This document shows positions 18,523 to 27,218 of a stretch of DNA of 64,000 nt, piece by piece. The position numbers were made by a program, and so were the translations under genes. This DNA is from a virus. Below the pieces are notes generated by a model that was not told the origin of the DNA, searched no databases, and worked only from the letters and a program-made list of their open reading frames with translations. The DNA lies in the IMG/VR virus record IMGVR_UViG_3300029258_001308, positions 12,806 through 76,805 of that record; one strand, written 5' to 3'. How positions within the stretch are numbered: position 1 is the stretch's first letter; the number at the start of each line of letters is the position of its first letter.

Positions 18523-19352
18523 TGGCCTCGAACATCTGGATCACCGATCCACGCCCGCTGTGGCAGGTCTACGCTAACCTGAATGCCGGGATGTGGTCAA
18601 GACCGCACGCTGAAGCCCGCACCTCGCTGAGGAAGGTGCGCTTCGACGGGTACGCCATCGTAAGGGGATGGGAGTTGTTCGGATACTGGGCCTACTCTGG
18701 GTACACGTCGAGGAAATTGAAGGCTCTGATCCGCGACTATCTTCCGCCACACTCACTCGACCTGGCCAAGGCTCGCATCGAACGTCGGCTCAAGGAGCGG
18801 GTCTTCCAGTCCATAGGAGTACCGATTGGGACAGGCAAGAAGGACAAGCCGGAGAAGACGGGGCAGTGCATCACGGGAATGGAGATCAAGTGGATACCGA
18901 AGGGACGAGGTCGCGAGTTCCGTGTGCACGCCTCGGTATCGTTCCGAGTGTCCGAGATAACACGTCGCTTGCTTGGCGACTTCCTCTTCATCGAGTATAT
19001 ACTGAACGACATCCTCAACGAGTTCGACTGGAGGGACAAGCTCGAGACGGTCTCTCTGTACTTCGGTTCCTACTACGTGACCCTGGATAACCTGCCGGTC
19101 TGGAAAGGCATGTGGCCGGGGCAGCGCCGAGACCGAGGCGATATCTATACAGGTAAGGAGTGGGAGAAGTATCTCCAGCAAGGACGGACCGGGAAGTCCA
19201 CGGTGTCCGGGAAGAAGCTGAAGCACGGGGCCAAGGTCCGGGCTCATCAGATATATGTCAAGGCTCAGGACCTCGGACCGCTCTTCCTATATCGTGACGG
19301 GAAGCTGGTGCTGAAGAACAGCAGGAAGGAATGGGATGGACCGGACGTTTGA
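18522..19352 (+). CDS. Divergent thymidylate-synthase-fold protein, paralog 1
   Basis: GQC...RVSEITRRLLGD (R-x2-E-x7-D); similar to the next ORF. Confidence 0.55.
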   Translation: MASNIWITDPRPLWQVYANLNAGMWSRPHAEARTSLRKVRFDGYAIVRGWELFGYWAYSGYTSRKLKALIRDYLPPHSLDLAKARIERRLKERVFQSIGVPIGTGKKDKPEKTGQCITGMEIKWIPKGRGREFRVHASVSFRVSEITRRLLGDFLFIEYILNDILNEFDWRDKLETVSLYFGSYYVTLDNLPVWKGMWPGQRRDRGDIYTGKEWEKYLQQGRTGKSTVSGKKLKHGAKVRAHQIYVKAQDLGPLFLYRDGKLVLKNSRKEWDGPDV

Positions 19353-20235
19353 CATCATAGCAAGTTCGGCGGGACTAGCCTACTGGCAGATGAACGCCAT
19401 GGGGTTCTGCCCTGGTGACGACGACAAGATCGGGTCGAGGTCGTTTGTCTCGGACCTGTTCTACGACTGCGAGTGGACTAGCTTCCGCTCCGAGGTCATG
19501 GCCATCTGGGCTCGACTCGGGTACAGCAAGTACAAGATGACTCAGCTCAAGCGAGTCTATCTTGACACCGACCGTTTCTTTCTTCTGTCTCAGCGGTTCA
19601 AGAAGCGTCTCTCCGAACGGAAGTTCTTCACCATCGGGATGAACTTCGGTACCGACTCCAAGAAGGCCGAGGATCAGACCGGGGAATGCATGACAGGCAT
19701 CGGTCTCTACGGCTTCCAACGCAGAGACCTGGATGGAAAGAAAGGGATTGGTGTCAAGGTCAAGGTCTTCTGGCGAGCAACCGAAGGAACTCGTCGATTC
19801 CCGGCCGATCTCAAGTTCATACTCTGGATGCTGGACGAACTGAAGGATTGGGTCAAGACGGATACGATCTGGTGGTTCGAAGGGATACAACTGTTCGTCG
19901 GGTTCGCGTACTTCAACATCTGGGCCTACCCCCTCTGGGCCCAGATGTTCCCGGCGATGAAGAAGTACATCGACAAGCGGACAGGGTGGGGAAAGGGATT
20001 GACCGATGCGCTTGAAAAGGCGAAGGCGTTCACTGCTGGACGAGATAGAGAGACTATCAAGTACAAGCCTCGCCGCCGACTATTCCAAGCGTATCGCGAG
20101 AATCAAGAATCGAAACTGCCGACGTTGTTCACTGCATCGAACAGCGCAGTCCGTGTGCACACTGGGAGAAGGAAACCCGCTAAGCCCGCTGGTGCTGGTG
20201 GGAGAGGCCCCGGGAAAAAGAGAGGACGATCTTGA
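19336..20235 (+). CDS. Divergent thymidylate-synthase-fold protein, paralog 2
   Basis: GEC...RATEGTRRFPAD; shares GY..K...L.R.YL and R..ER.F..IG with paralog 1. Confidence 0.55.
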   Translation: MDRTFDIIASSAGLAYWQMNAMGFCPGDDDKIGSRSFVSDLFYDCEWTSFRSEVMAIWARLGYSKYKMTQLKRVYLDTDRFFLLSQRFKKRLSERKFFTIGMNFGTDSKKAEDQTGECMTGIGLYGFQRRDLDGKKGIGVKVKVFWRATEGTRRFPADLKFILWMLDELKDWVKTDTIWWFEGIQLFVGFAYFNIWAYPLWAQMFPAMKKYIDKRTGWGKGLTDALEKAKAFTAGRDRETIKYKPRRRLFQAYRENQESKLPTLFTASNSAVRVHTGRRKPAKPAGAGGRGPGKKRGRS

Positions 20236-20710
20236 GAAGCCATTCCAGGGCAAGGCCGGTCAGCTGCTCGACAAGATTCTCAAGGTACATGGCATGACCA
20301 GGAGGCATGTCTACATCACGAACGTCTGTCGCTGTCGTCCTAAGGACAACAGGAAGCCAGACCAAGAGGAGGCGAGGGCGTGCGAGAAGTACCTGATCAA
20401 GGAGCTCTCGATCATTCAGCCTCGAGTAGTAGTGACGTTGGGAGGCACAGCAACGCTATCCATGACAGGGTTCGGGAAGATATCAATGGTGAGAGGTCGG
20501 CCAGTCTTCCCGAAGTCGTGGGGCTTGATGATCATCCCCACCTGGCACCCGTCCTACTGTGTAAGGAATGGGGGCGAGAGCAGGCTCGCCAAATACTTGG
20601 AGACCGGAGAGCGGAAGGCAGACTGGTCCGTCTTCCAGCTCATGGACGATATAGGCCTGGCCGTGAAAGCCCTAGGGACTAAGATTCCCTGGAACGTTAG
20701 GAGGAAGTGA
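20006..20710 (+). CDS. Uracil-DNA glycosylase family 4 (Fe-S); start uncertain
   Basis: CRRC, VGEAPG..ED..PFQG.AG, YITNVCRCRP..NR.P, TWHPS. Confidence 0.9.
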   Translation: MRLKRRRRSLLDEIERLSSTSLAADYSKRIARIKNRNCRRCSLHRTAQSVCTLGEGNPLSPLVLVGEAPGKREDDLEKPFQGKAGQLLDKILKVHGMTRRHVYITNVCRCRPKDNRKPDQEEARACEKYLIKELSIIQPRVVVTLGGTATLSMTGFGKISMVRGRPVFPKSWGLMIIPTWHPSYCVRNGGESRLAKYLETGERKADWSVFQLMDDIGLAVKALGTKIPWNVRRK

Positions 20711-21459
20711 TGCGAATCTTCAAGGACTGTTTCGAAGCAACGCGGGAAGCCGAGCGAGATCTGTGGGAGATGGGCGTCGAGGTCTGGCCGGAGACGATGC
20801 AGGACAAGGACGTCCGCGGTGACGAAGGGTTCAAGACCAAGGAGGTCTCGTCCTACTCCTTCATGATCACGAACCCGTTGGCTATGCGGGAGGAGGCCGT
20901 TCTCTACTTCGTCGACACCGATCCGACTCTCGAGGGCGAGGAGAAGGAGAGGGCCAAGCGAAGGCTCATGGGGTACTGCCGTCAGGAGATCGAAGGCCGA
21001 ACCTCCTTCAAGATCATGAACCCCGGTACTTCGTGGAAGAACCGCCCGGAAATCTGGGAGGAGTTCATCCACGAAGGGAAGTTCGCCTACTCGTACTACG
21101 AGCGCATCTCTCCGCAGTTGCCTCGCATCATCGACGAACTGGGCCGCCGTCCCAACACTCGGCAGGCCATCATCAACATCCACTCGAACTTCTACGGCGA
21201 CATACAAGGGATGGGCGGACACGGTCGAGTTCCTTGCTCCATGTACTACCAGGTCATGCGGAGAGAGGGCAAGCTGAACCTCATCTACTGCATGCGGTCC
21301 TGCGACCTGCTCATCCACTTCCCCGTCGACGTGTACCTCGCCATCGGGATGCAGAAGTTCATAGCCAAGCAATTGAAGATTCCGGTGGGACAGTACTCCA
21401 TGTTCATGGGTTCGTTCCACGCGTACTACAAGGACATCGAGCCGAGAGGGATATTCTAA
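20707..21459 (+). CDS. Thymidylate synthase homolog of dCMP (hydroxy)methylase type
   Basis: TRQA, VPCSMYYQ, RSCDLLIHFPVD (Asp at the N177-equivalent position), SFHAY. Confidence 0.8.
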   Translation: MMRIFKDCFEATREAERDLWEMGVEVWPETMQDKDVRGDEGFKTKEVSSYSFMITNPLAMREEAVLYFVDTDPTLEGEEKERAKRRLMGYCRQEIEGRTSFKIMNPGTSWKNRPEIWEEFIHEGKFAYSYYERISPQLPRIIDELGRRPNTRQAIINIHSNFYGDIQGMGGHGRVPCSMYYQVMRREGKLNLIYCMRSCDLLIHFPVDVYLAIGMQKFIAKQLKIPVGQYSMFMGSFHAYYKDIEPRGIF

Positions 21460-21923
21460 TGGCCTTGAGTCGACCCACGATGGTGTCGGTGTATCTTCGT
21501 TTCGCTCGGATAGTGAGTGAACGCTCTACCTGTGCTCGTCTCAAGGTGGGTGCAGTGATCACTACTTCCGACATGGAACAAGTTCTTGCACTGGGATATA
21601 ATGGGAATGCGAAAGGCTTCCCGAACGAATGCGATTCAGACGAGCCAGGCAAGTGCGGGTGTATCCACGCCGAGGTCAACGCGCTGATCAAGTGTGGGAA
21701 GAAGGACCGCAAGAAGGTGATGTTCGTAACGAACGCCCCATGCGCCCACTGCGCCAAGCTCATCGTGAACTCAGGGTTCTCCCTGGTCCACTACTTGGAC
21801 GACTATCGAAGTTCAGCAGGGCTTCTCATTCTCAAGCAGGCGGGGATCACGGTCAGAAGGTTCGAAGAGGGAATAGTCGAAGATGATAGCTCCGGACCTG
21901 ATAACGGTCGGCCACAAGACTAA
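21459..21923 (+). CDS. dCMP deaminase
   Basis: RSTC.R.KVGAVI, GYNG, HAEVNA, PCAHC. Confidence 0.9.
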   Translation: MALSRPTMVSVYLRFARIVSERSTCARLKVGAVITTSDMEQVLALGYNGNAKGFPNECDSDEPGKCGCIHAEVNALIKCGKKDRKKVMFVTNAPCAHCAKLIVNSGFSLVHYLDDYRSSAGLLILKQAGITVRRFEEGIVEDDSSGPDNGRPQD

Positions 21924-23835
21924 GCGGCTGATCAGCAAACAGGGCAAGCCGCCCAAGCTGAAGGGCAAGGTCGTGGCTCTCGACACAGAGACGACCGGGC
22001 TCCAAGGATGGAAAGGCGCCCGGATATTCATGGTCTCGTACGCCACCGAGAAAGGCGAGAAGGGATATCTCTACGCAACGAAGGCCGTGATCGAGTGGTT
22101 CATCAACATCCTCAAAGACCCGAACATGACCGTCATCTTCCAGAACGGAAAGTTCGACTTCAAGATGCTGGCCTACGAGGGCCTGTCGGTCTGGGATATC
22201 AAGTGCGAGTTGCACGACACGTTGATCATGAGCGTCCTCCTCCACGAGTTAGGCAAGCATAACCTCGCTGCTCTGGTCCGACGTTACCTCAAGAAGCCGG
22301 CCGACGAGAAGTCGGCGGTGGACGAATGGATAAGCGCGCACAAGAAGAAGAACGGTGAGTGGGTCAAGAAGCACGGGCGTCAGCCGAACTTCTCGGACGC
22401 TCCACCCAAGATAGTCCAGAAGCGGGCGATCTGGGACGTGGTCCATACCCTCAAGCTCTACTACTTATTCAAGAAGCCCATCCGCAAAGACTTCTGGGAC
22501 CTGTATCGGCAGGAGGTCGAACTGTTTCTCTGCACCGTGGAGATGGAAGACCGCGGAGTCCTTGTTGACCTTGACCGGATAGCCAAGCTGAAGAAGCAGG
22601 CCAAGTCCGACCTCAAGTGGCTTGAGAAGAAGATGCGGAAGATAGTAGGCCGAGACTTCGTTATCAAAGGGACCGGTTCGAAGAAGGATTTCTACCAGGT
22701 CATCACCGAGGACTTTGGGTGGAAGATCAAGTCAAGGACCGAGAAGGGCAACCCACAGTTCGACGAGTTCGCGATGCTCAAGTACCTGGACGAGTCTCTC
22801 CACCAGTATGTCCGAGCGAACTCCGAGGAGACGCCCACCCGAGAGTACATCAAAGGATTACTCTCAGAGCTGAGGAAGAAGAAGCTGCCGAAGAAACAGA
22901 GCTTCGGGCCGATGATCACGAAGTGGCGCGAGCTCGACAAGATGGTGGGCACCTACTACGAGAACTTCGAAGAGATGGCCATCCCGATCAAGAGCAAGCG
23001 CAACGTCGGGGTCATCCACTGCAAGTTCAACTCAACGGCGGCGATCACCGGTCGGTTCTCCAGCTCGGAGCCGAACCTACAGAACGTGCCGAGAGTCCTC
23101 GGTCCCCGCGAATGCTTCACCACTCGACGTGGCTACGTCAACTATCACTTCGACTATTCGCAGATCGAGATCAGGCTCTTTGTTCACTACGCTCAGGACG
23201 AGGAATTGCGAGAGGCGCTGCTCAACGGGGCGGACATGCACATGCTGACCGCTCTGGCTATCCACCACAAGAAGGACCCGAAGAACGTCACCAAGGAACA
23301 GAGGAAGGTTGCGAAGACCGTGAACTTCGGCATCATCTACGGTGCCGGGGCTAAGACCCTAGCCCACAGCCTCACCGTCAAGACGGGTATCCCGCACACT
23401 CGTGCCATGGCCAAGTCGTTCCTCGACGCCTATCACTCTCAGTACCCTTCGGTCCGGCGGATCATGGGCAAGCTGAAGGCCGAGATACTTCGGAGAGGGT
23501 TCGTTCAGAACGAGTTCGGCCGTCGCCACCGGGTCCCGGTCAAGGCGAACTACAAGGCACTCAACGCTTTGATCCAAGGATGCGCAGCCGACATCATGAA
23601 GCGGGCCATGCTCCGCGTCTGGCACTTCCTCCACGAGCATGGCTGTCGCTCCCGGTTGATCATGACGATACACGACGAGATCGTCCTCGAGATATGGCAC
23701 GAGGAAGAGGCGTGGCTCGTACCCAAGGTCAAGGAACTGATGGAGATGGACAGCCCGAAGTTCTTCCTCCCGGTACCGACCGACATCGAGAAGACCGCTA
23801 CCTACTGGAGCGAGAAGAAGGACGTGGCGGCATGA
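21883..23835 (+). CDS. Family A DNA polymerase (3'-5' exonuclease + polymerase)
   Basis: LDTETTG, TGRFSSSEPNLQN, DYSQIEIR, RKVAKTVNFGIIYG, IQGCAADI, IHDEI. Confidence 0.95.
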   Translation: MIAPDLITVGHKTKRLISKQGKPPKLKGKVVALDTETTGLQGWKGARIFMVSYATEKGEKGYLYATKAVIEWFINILKDPNMTVIFQNGKFDFKMLAYEGLSVWDIKCELHDTLIMSVLLHELGKHNLAALVRRYLKKPADEKSAVDEWISAHKKKNGEWVKKHGRQPNFSDAPPKIVQKRAIWDVVHTLKLYYLFKKPIRKDFWDLYRQEVELFLCTVEMEDRGVLVDLDRIAKLKKQAKSDLKWLEKKMRKIVGRDFVIKGTGSKKDFYQVITEDFGWKIKSRTEKGNPQFDEFAMLKYLDESLHQYVRANSEETPTREYIKGLLSELRKKKLPKKQSFGPMITKWRELDKMVGTYYENFEEMAIPIKSKRNVGVIHCKFNSTAAITGRFSSSEPNLQNVPRVLGPRECFTTRRGYVNYHFDYSQIEIRLFVHYAQDEELREALLNGADMHMLTALAIHHKKDPKNVTKEQRKVAKTVNFGIIYGAGAKTLAHSLTVKTGIPHTRAMAKSFLDAYHSQYPSVRRIMGKLKAEILRRGFVQNEFGRRHRVPVKANYKALNALIQGCAADIMKRAMLRVWHFLHEHGCRSRLIMTIHDEIVLEIWHEEEAWLVPKVKELMEMDSPKFFLPVPTDIEKTATYWSEKKDVAA

Positions 23836-24542
23836 GACTGAAGAAGAGAGAGAAGACTATTCCGTTCGGGATCGAGGGCCACCACTCGGCCAGCTTCTTC
23901 CTGGACTATGACATGCTGAGGGCCATGAAGTCCAAGGTCTATCAGATAGCTCGGACCATCAGCGCCCACAACCCGAAGGCCGGGAAGAAGTTTGATGCCG
24001 AGTGGGAGAAGGAACGAAACCGTCAGAGGGATAGGTCGATGGAGTTGGCGGGGGAAAGGAAAGCCGCCATCGACAAGATCATGTCCGAGTGTGCTAAGAA
24101 GGGGAACAAGATCGGCCGCACCGGATACCAGCGCATGATTGACGTGGGGATAGAAGTACTGAAGGGACTGGGCTTCAGTTCTAGCGAGATTCAACGTGGA
24201 CTAACTGAGGACTCTGGGATAGAATCAGCACCTCAAGTCGGAGGGGCGAGACGTAGGGGAAGAAAAAAGAGAAGGAGGATTCTTACCATGGCCAAGAAAA
24301 AGAAGGCCAAGAAAAAGAAGACCAAGAAGGGCGCCGGCGGCAAGTCGGTGAAGGAGCTCATGGCCGAGCTCGAGAAGTGCAAGGACCCGTCCAAGGCCAG
24401 GAAGTTGCGCAAGCAGCTCCGGGACGCGGGCCACTCGGGCGGACTCGGGAAGCCCAAGGGCGAGAACCTGTCCAAGGCCCGGGCCGCGAAGGGCAAGAAG
24501 AAGAAGGTCAAGAAGACCAAGAAGAGCAAGAAGTCCAAGTAA
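23832..24542 (+). CDS. Hypothetical protein in frame with a downstream histone-like ORF
   Basis: ATGA overlap with the polymerase stop; no stop before 24542. Confidence 0.5.
   Translation: MRLKKREKTIPFGIEGHHSASFFLDYDMLRAMKSKVYQIARTISAHNPKAGKKFDAEWEKERNRQRDRSMELAGERKAAIDKIMSECAKKGNKIGRTGYQRMIDVGIEVLKGLGFSSSEIQRGLTEDSGIESAPQVGGARRRGRKKRRRILTMAKKKKAKKKKTKKGAGGKSVKELMAELEKCKDPSKARKLRKQLRDAGHSGGLGKPKGENLSKARAAKGKKKKVKKTKKSKKSK
24197..24225 (+). promoter_or_regulatory. Promoter TGGACT-N17-TAGAAT
   Basis: Consensus match about 60 nt upstream of the RBS-bearing ATG at 24288. Confidence 0.6.
24288..24542 (+). CDS. Small Lys-rich histone-like protein with GHxGGL motif
   Basis: AAGGAGG RBS; MAKKKKAKKKK...RKLRKQLRDAGHSGGL. 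Confidence 0.7.
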   Translation: MAKKKKAKKKKTKKGAGGKSVKELMAELEKCKDPSKARKLRKQLRDAGHSGGLGKPKGENLSKARAAKGKKKKVKKTKKSKKSK

Positions 24543-24585
24543 CTCCCCTGACCCAAGCCCTCTCAGACGTCCCTCTGAGTCCAAG

Positions 24586-24615
24586 CCCCTCCTCGGTTTC
24601 AACGCCGAGGAGGGG
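24586..24615 (+). terminator. Hairpin after the histone-like gene
   Basis: CCCCTCCTCGG / CCGAGGAGGGG stem; no clear U tract. Confidence 0.5.
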
Positions 24616-24838
24616 TCCGTTCTGACCCCTCGAAACCTGTAACTAGGTAGAACCCCCGGATAGTTGTCCCGGAGTAAACCCGAGGCCTTCGGCACCCCTC
24701 GAAAGCCGACTGTGGTGTGTGATTCGTGGAATATAGGGGTGGGGGATTATCGGGAAACGGCGTCCCCCACAGCCCTAGGACGGCGTATAACGCAGTATAC
24801 TGAATAGGGCTAATCCTATAATATAGTCAAAATTCCCA

Positions 24839-24866
24839 TGGACAAACGTCGAACGGGGGGTATAAT
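24839..24866 (+). promoter_or_regulatory. Probable strong early promoter TGGACA-N16-TATAAT with AT-rich upstream element
   Basis: Consensus in a ~430-nt non-coding region ahead of the small-gene cluster. Confidence 0.65.
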
Positions 24867-24978
24867 ATACATGGTCCACGAGCAGGAGCGACATATATGG
24901 ACACGCGCGGGCAATCCATATACAGCGCCACAGGGGTGGCGACCCCGGGGACCCCCGGACCCGCAGGAGGAGGCGAGC

Positions 24979-25119
24979 ATGGCGAGCACGAGGAAGCGGC
25001 CGAAGCGAAGGAGAGCGAAGGAGTGCGAGGGATGCGGAGCTCGGTACTACAAGCGAACGAAGTACACCGGGTACTGCAAGCACTGCTGCGCCGCCCACGA
25101 CGAAGACATGAGGAGCTAG
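24979..25119 (+). CDS. Small zinc-binding protein
   Basis: GGAGGAGG RBS; CEGC...CKHC. Confidence 0.55.
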   Translation: MASTRKRPKRRRAKECEGCGARYYKRTKYTGYCKHCCAAHDEDMRS

Positions 25120-25152
25120 GGGACATGCGAGCCCCGGAAGGAGGAGCGAACG

Positions 25153-25344
25153 ATGGCAAGGAACGTAGCAGCAGACGCGTACGAGTCGAGACAGCGAAGG
25201 ATCAAGGAACTCATCGAGCAGATCGGAGCGAGCCTCAGCTCCCACGAGAAGAGGCATCTCGAGGACTCGAAGAACTGGGGGCTTGTCGGGGACCTCGCTC
25301 ACGTCGAGGCCCAGCTTCAGGAAGTAGCCGACTTCATCGAATAG
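25153..25344 (+). CDS. Small helical phage protein
   Basis: AAGGAGG RBS; NWGLVGDLAHV motif. Confidence 0.65.
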   Translation: MARNVAADAYESRQRRIKELIEQIGASLSSHEKRHLEDSKNWGLVGDLAHVEAQLQEVADFIE

Positions 25345-25376
25345 GGGACGAGCGAGCCCCGGAGAGGAGAGCAGGG

Positions 25377-25589
25377 ATGTCCGAGTTCATTCTCAACGCC
25401 GAACTGGTCGGGGTCGAGAAGGACGGGATGCAGCAGTGGCGGGTTGAGGACCCGCCCTCCGATCATCTCGACACATTGTTCATTCGGCCCGCTCAGTCGA
25501 AGCGGGGAGTCAAGGTTGGAGACAAGGGAGTACTCGAGTTCCGGAGCTCGGCAAGCTTCGGGCTCTGGTACGTCCGGGAACTTCTCTAG
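25377..25589 (+). CDS. Hypothetical protein
   Basis: GGAGAG RBS. Confidence 0.5.
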   Translation: MSEFILNAELVGVEKDGMQQWRVEDPPSDHLDTLFIRPAQSKRGVKVGDKGVLEFRSSASFGLWYVRELL

Positions 25590-25606
25590 AAAGGGAGGAG
25601 ACGAAG

Positions 25607-26149
25607 ATGGCAGAGAAGAAAAAGAAGCAGAAGCTATCGGCCCAGGTCCGGGCAAGGATCGAGGCCAAGGTGGACAAGATCATCAGGATGAAGAAGGGAG
25701 CGGACAGGAAGACCGGCATGCTCGAGCTGGCCGTAACATACGAGACGCCCGAGCTGGTCGAGTACCTCGAGCGAATCCTCGAGGCCGAGAAGGAGCGCAA
25801 GGGATTCGGGAAGAACAAGGAAGTGATCAGCATCACCCGCAACAAGATCAAGGCCCTCAGCAAACTCGGCAAGAAGAAGAAGAAGAAGTCCAAGAAGCTC
25901 AAGCTCAAGCGCAAGCGGATGAAGGACTTCGAGACTCCAGGCGACTACTACGCCTACCAGGTCGAGCACTGGCAGAAGAAGCTCGACAGCTGGAACCGGG
26001 GGAAGAAGGCGAGGAGAAGCAAGAAGCTGACGAAGGCCGAGAAGGTCAGAGCCGCACTGGTCGAGTACAAGAACGACCCGGACGTGCGGGACATCTTCGA
26101 CGACATCACGATCAAGAACCCGGGCAAGGTTGCCGACGGAGAGGAGTAG
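25607..26149 (+). CDS. Lys-rich hypothetical protein
   Basis: GGGAGG RBS; basic. Confidence 0.65.
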   Translation: MAEKKKKQKLSAQVRARIEAKVDKIIRMKKGADRKTGMLELAVTYETPELVEYLERILEAEKERKGFGKNKEVISITRNKIKALSKLGKKKKKKSKKLKLKRKRMKDFETPGDYYAYQVEHWQKKLDSWNRGKKARRSKKLTKAEKVRAALVEYKNDPDVRDIFDDITIKNPGKVADGEE

Positions 26150-26153
26150 GAAG

Positions 26154-26570
26154 ATGGCACGAGACCCAATAGCCAGACGGCGCATCTGCAAATCGAAGAA
26201 GCGCAAGAAGAGAAAGGACCCGGAGGCGGAGAAGCAGAAGAGGGCCGCCAAGAAACTCGACAAGGGTCGAAAGGACACTGCGCGCGAGGAGCGGATGGAG
26301 CGGAGTCTCGCCAAGATCAAGGAGGCGAAGGACGGGCTACTCGACGTTCGGAAGCTGCTCGTCCTCACCGACAAGCTTCTGACGAAGAAGATCGCAAGGT
26401 ACAACGAACTTGGCGTCGAGATCGATGAGCACGAGGAAACGCTCAAGAAACTTCCCGACAGGATCAGAGAAAGGAGGGACGAGTACCGCCAGACAATCTA
26501 CGAGTTCATCGACGATTTCCCGGAGCACGTCGAGATACTAGGTCTCGACGACGAAGAGGGAGACAAGTAG
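26154..26570 (+). CDS. Basic coiled-coil protein
   Basis: GAGGAG RBS. Confidence 0.6.
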   Translation: MARDPIARRRICKSKKRKKRKDPEAEKQKRAAKKLDKGRKDTAREERMERSLAKIKEAKDGLLDVRKLLVLTDKLLTKKIARYNELGVEIDEHEETLKKLPDRIRERRDEYRQTIYEFIDDFPEHVEILGLDDEEGDK

Positions 26571-26574
26571 GATG

Positions 26575-26815
26575 CCCGGATATACGGTGGCCAAGTGGGT
26601 TGGACTCAAGCCCGAGATACTCGGATACCTATATGCCGGGACTAGGAAGGCTGCAGTCAGGAAGGCGGGTCGCCTGACGGGTCTCAGCACATCATCTCTC
26701 GACGACCCGCATGTTTCTCTCACCCCCTTCGGGGCGAGAGGAGGACCACGAGGATACGTAGTTCGCCACGCAATGGCGCGTGGCAACTTGGATGACGAGG
26801 CCTCAGAGGCCCGAA
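26575..26815 (+). ncRNA. Candidate structured RNA / leader with pseudoknot
   Basis: Several stems, a C(UUCG)G hairpin and crossing stems GTCAGG/CCTGAC and GCGGGTCG/CGACCCGC. Confidence 0.4.
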
Positions 26816-26829
26816 GAAAGGTGGACGAG

Positions 26830-27123
26830 ATGAAGATGAAGAAGACGAAGAAGACGGAGAAGAAGGGCAAGGAGAAGAAGGCCACGAAGAAGGCGGCGAA
26901 GAAGACAGCGAAGAAACCCGCCGCCAAGAAGACCGCGGCCAAGAAGCCGGCGGCGAAGAAGCCCGCCAAGAAGGCCGCGAAGAAGACAACGGCCAAGGGC
27001 GACAAGGCCCAGATCGCCGACCTGGTCAAGCAGCTCGGGAAGTGCAAGGACGACCAGAAGGCGAAGAACATCCGCCGCAAGCTCCGCAAGCTGGGGCACA
27101 AGGGCGGCCTCCGGAAGAAGTAG
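26830..27123 (+). CDS. Histone H1-like protein (KKPAAKK repeats) with GHKGGL motif
   Basis: AKKPAAKKTAAKKPAAKK; C-terminal IRRKLRKLGHKGGL. Confidence 0.75.
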   Translation: MKMKKTKKTEKKGKEKKATKKAAKKTAKKPAAKKTAAKKPAAKKPAKKAAKKTTAKGDKAQIADLVKQLGKCKDDQKAKNIRRKLRKLGHKGGLRKK

Positions 27124-27134
27124 CCGCGGGCCTT

Positions 27135-27172
27135 CCACGGTCGGGCCTTCCTTCGGGAGGGCCCCTCCGTGG
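27135..27172 (+). terminator. C(UUCG)G tetraloop hairpin
   Basis: CCACGG-GGGCCTTCC TTCG GGAGGGCCC-CCGTGG. Confidence 0.55.
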
Positions 27173-27218
27173 CGAGTCCGGGTAGTCCGGGCCAAGCCTA
27201 GAGAAAGGGAGGACGAAC

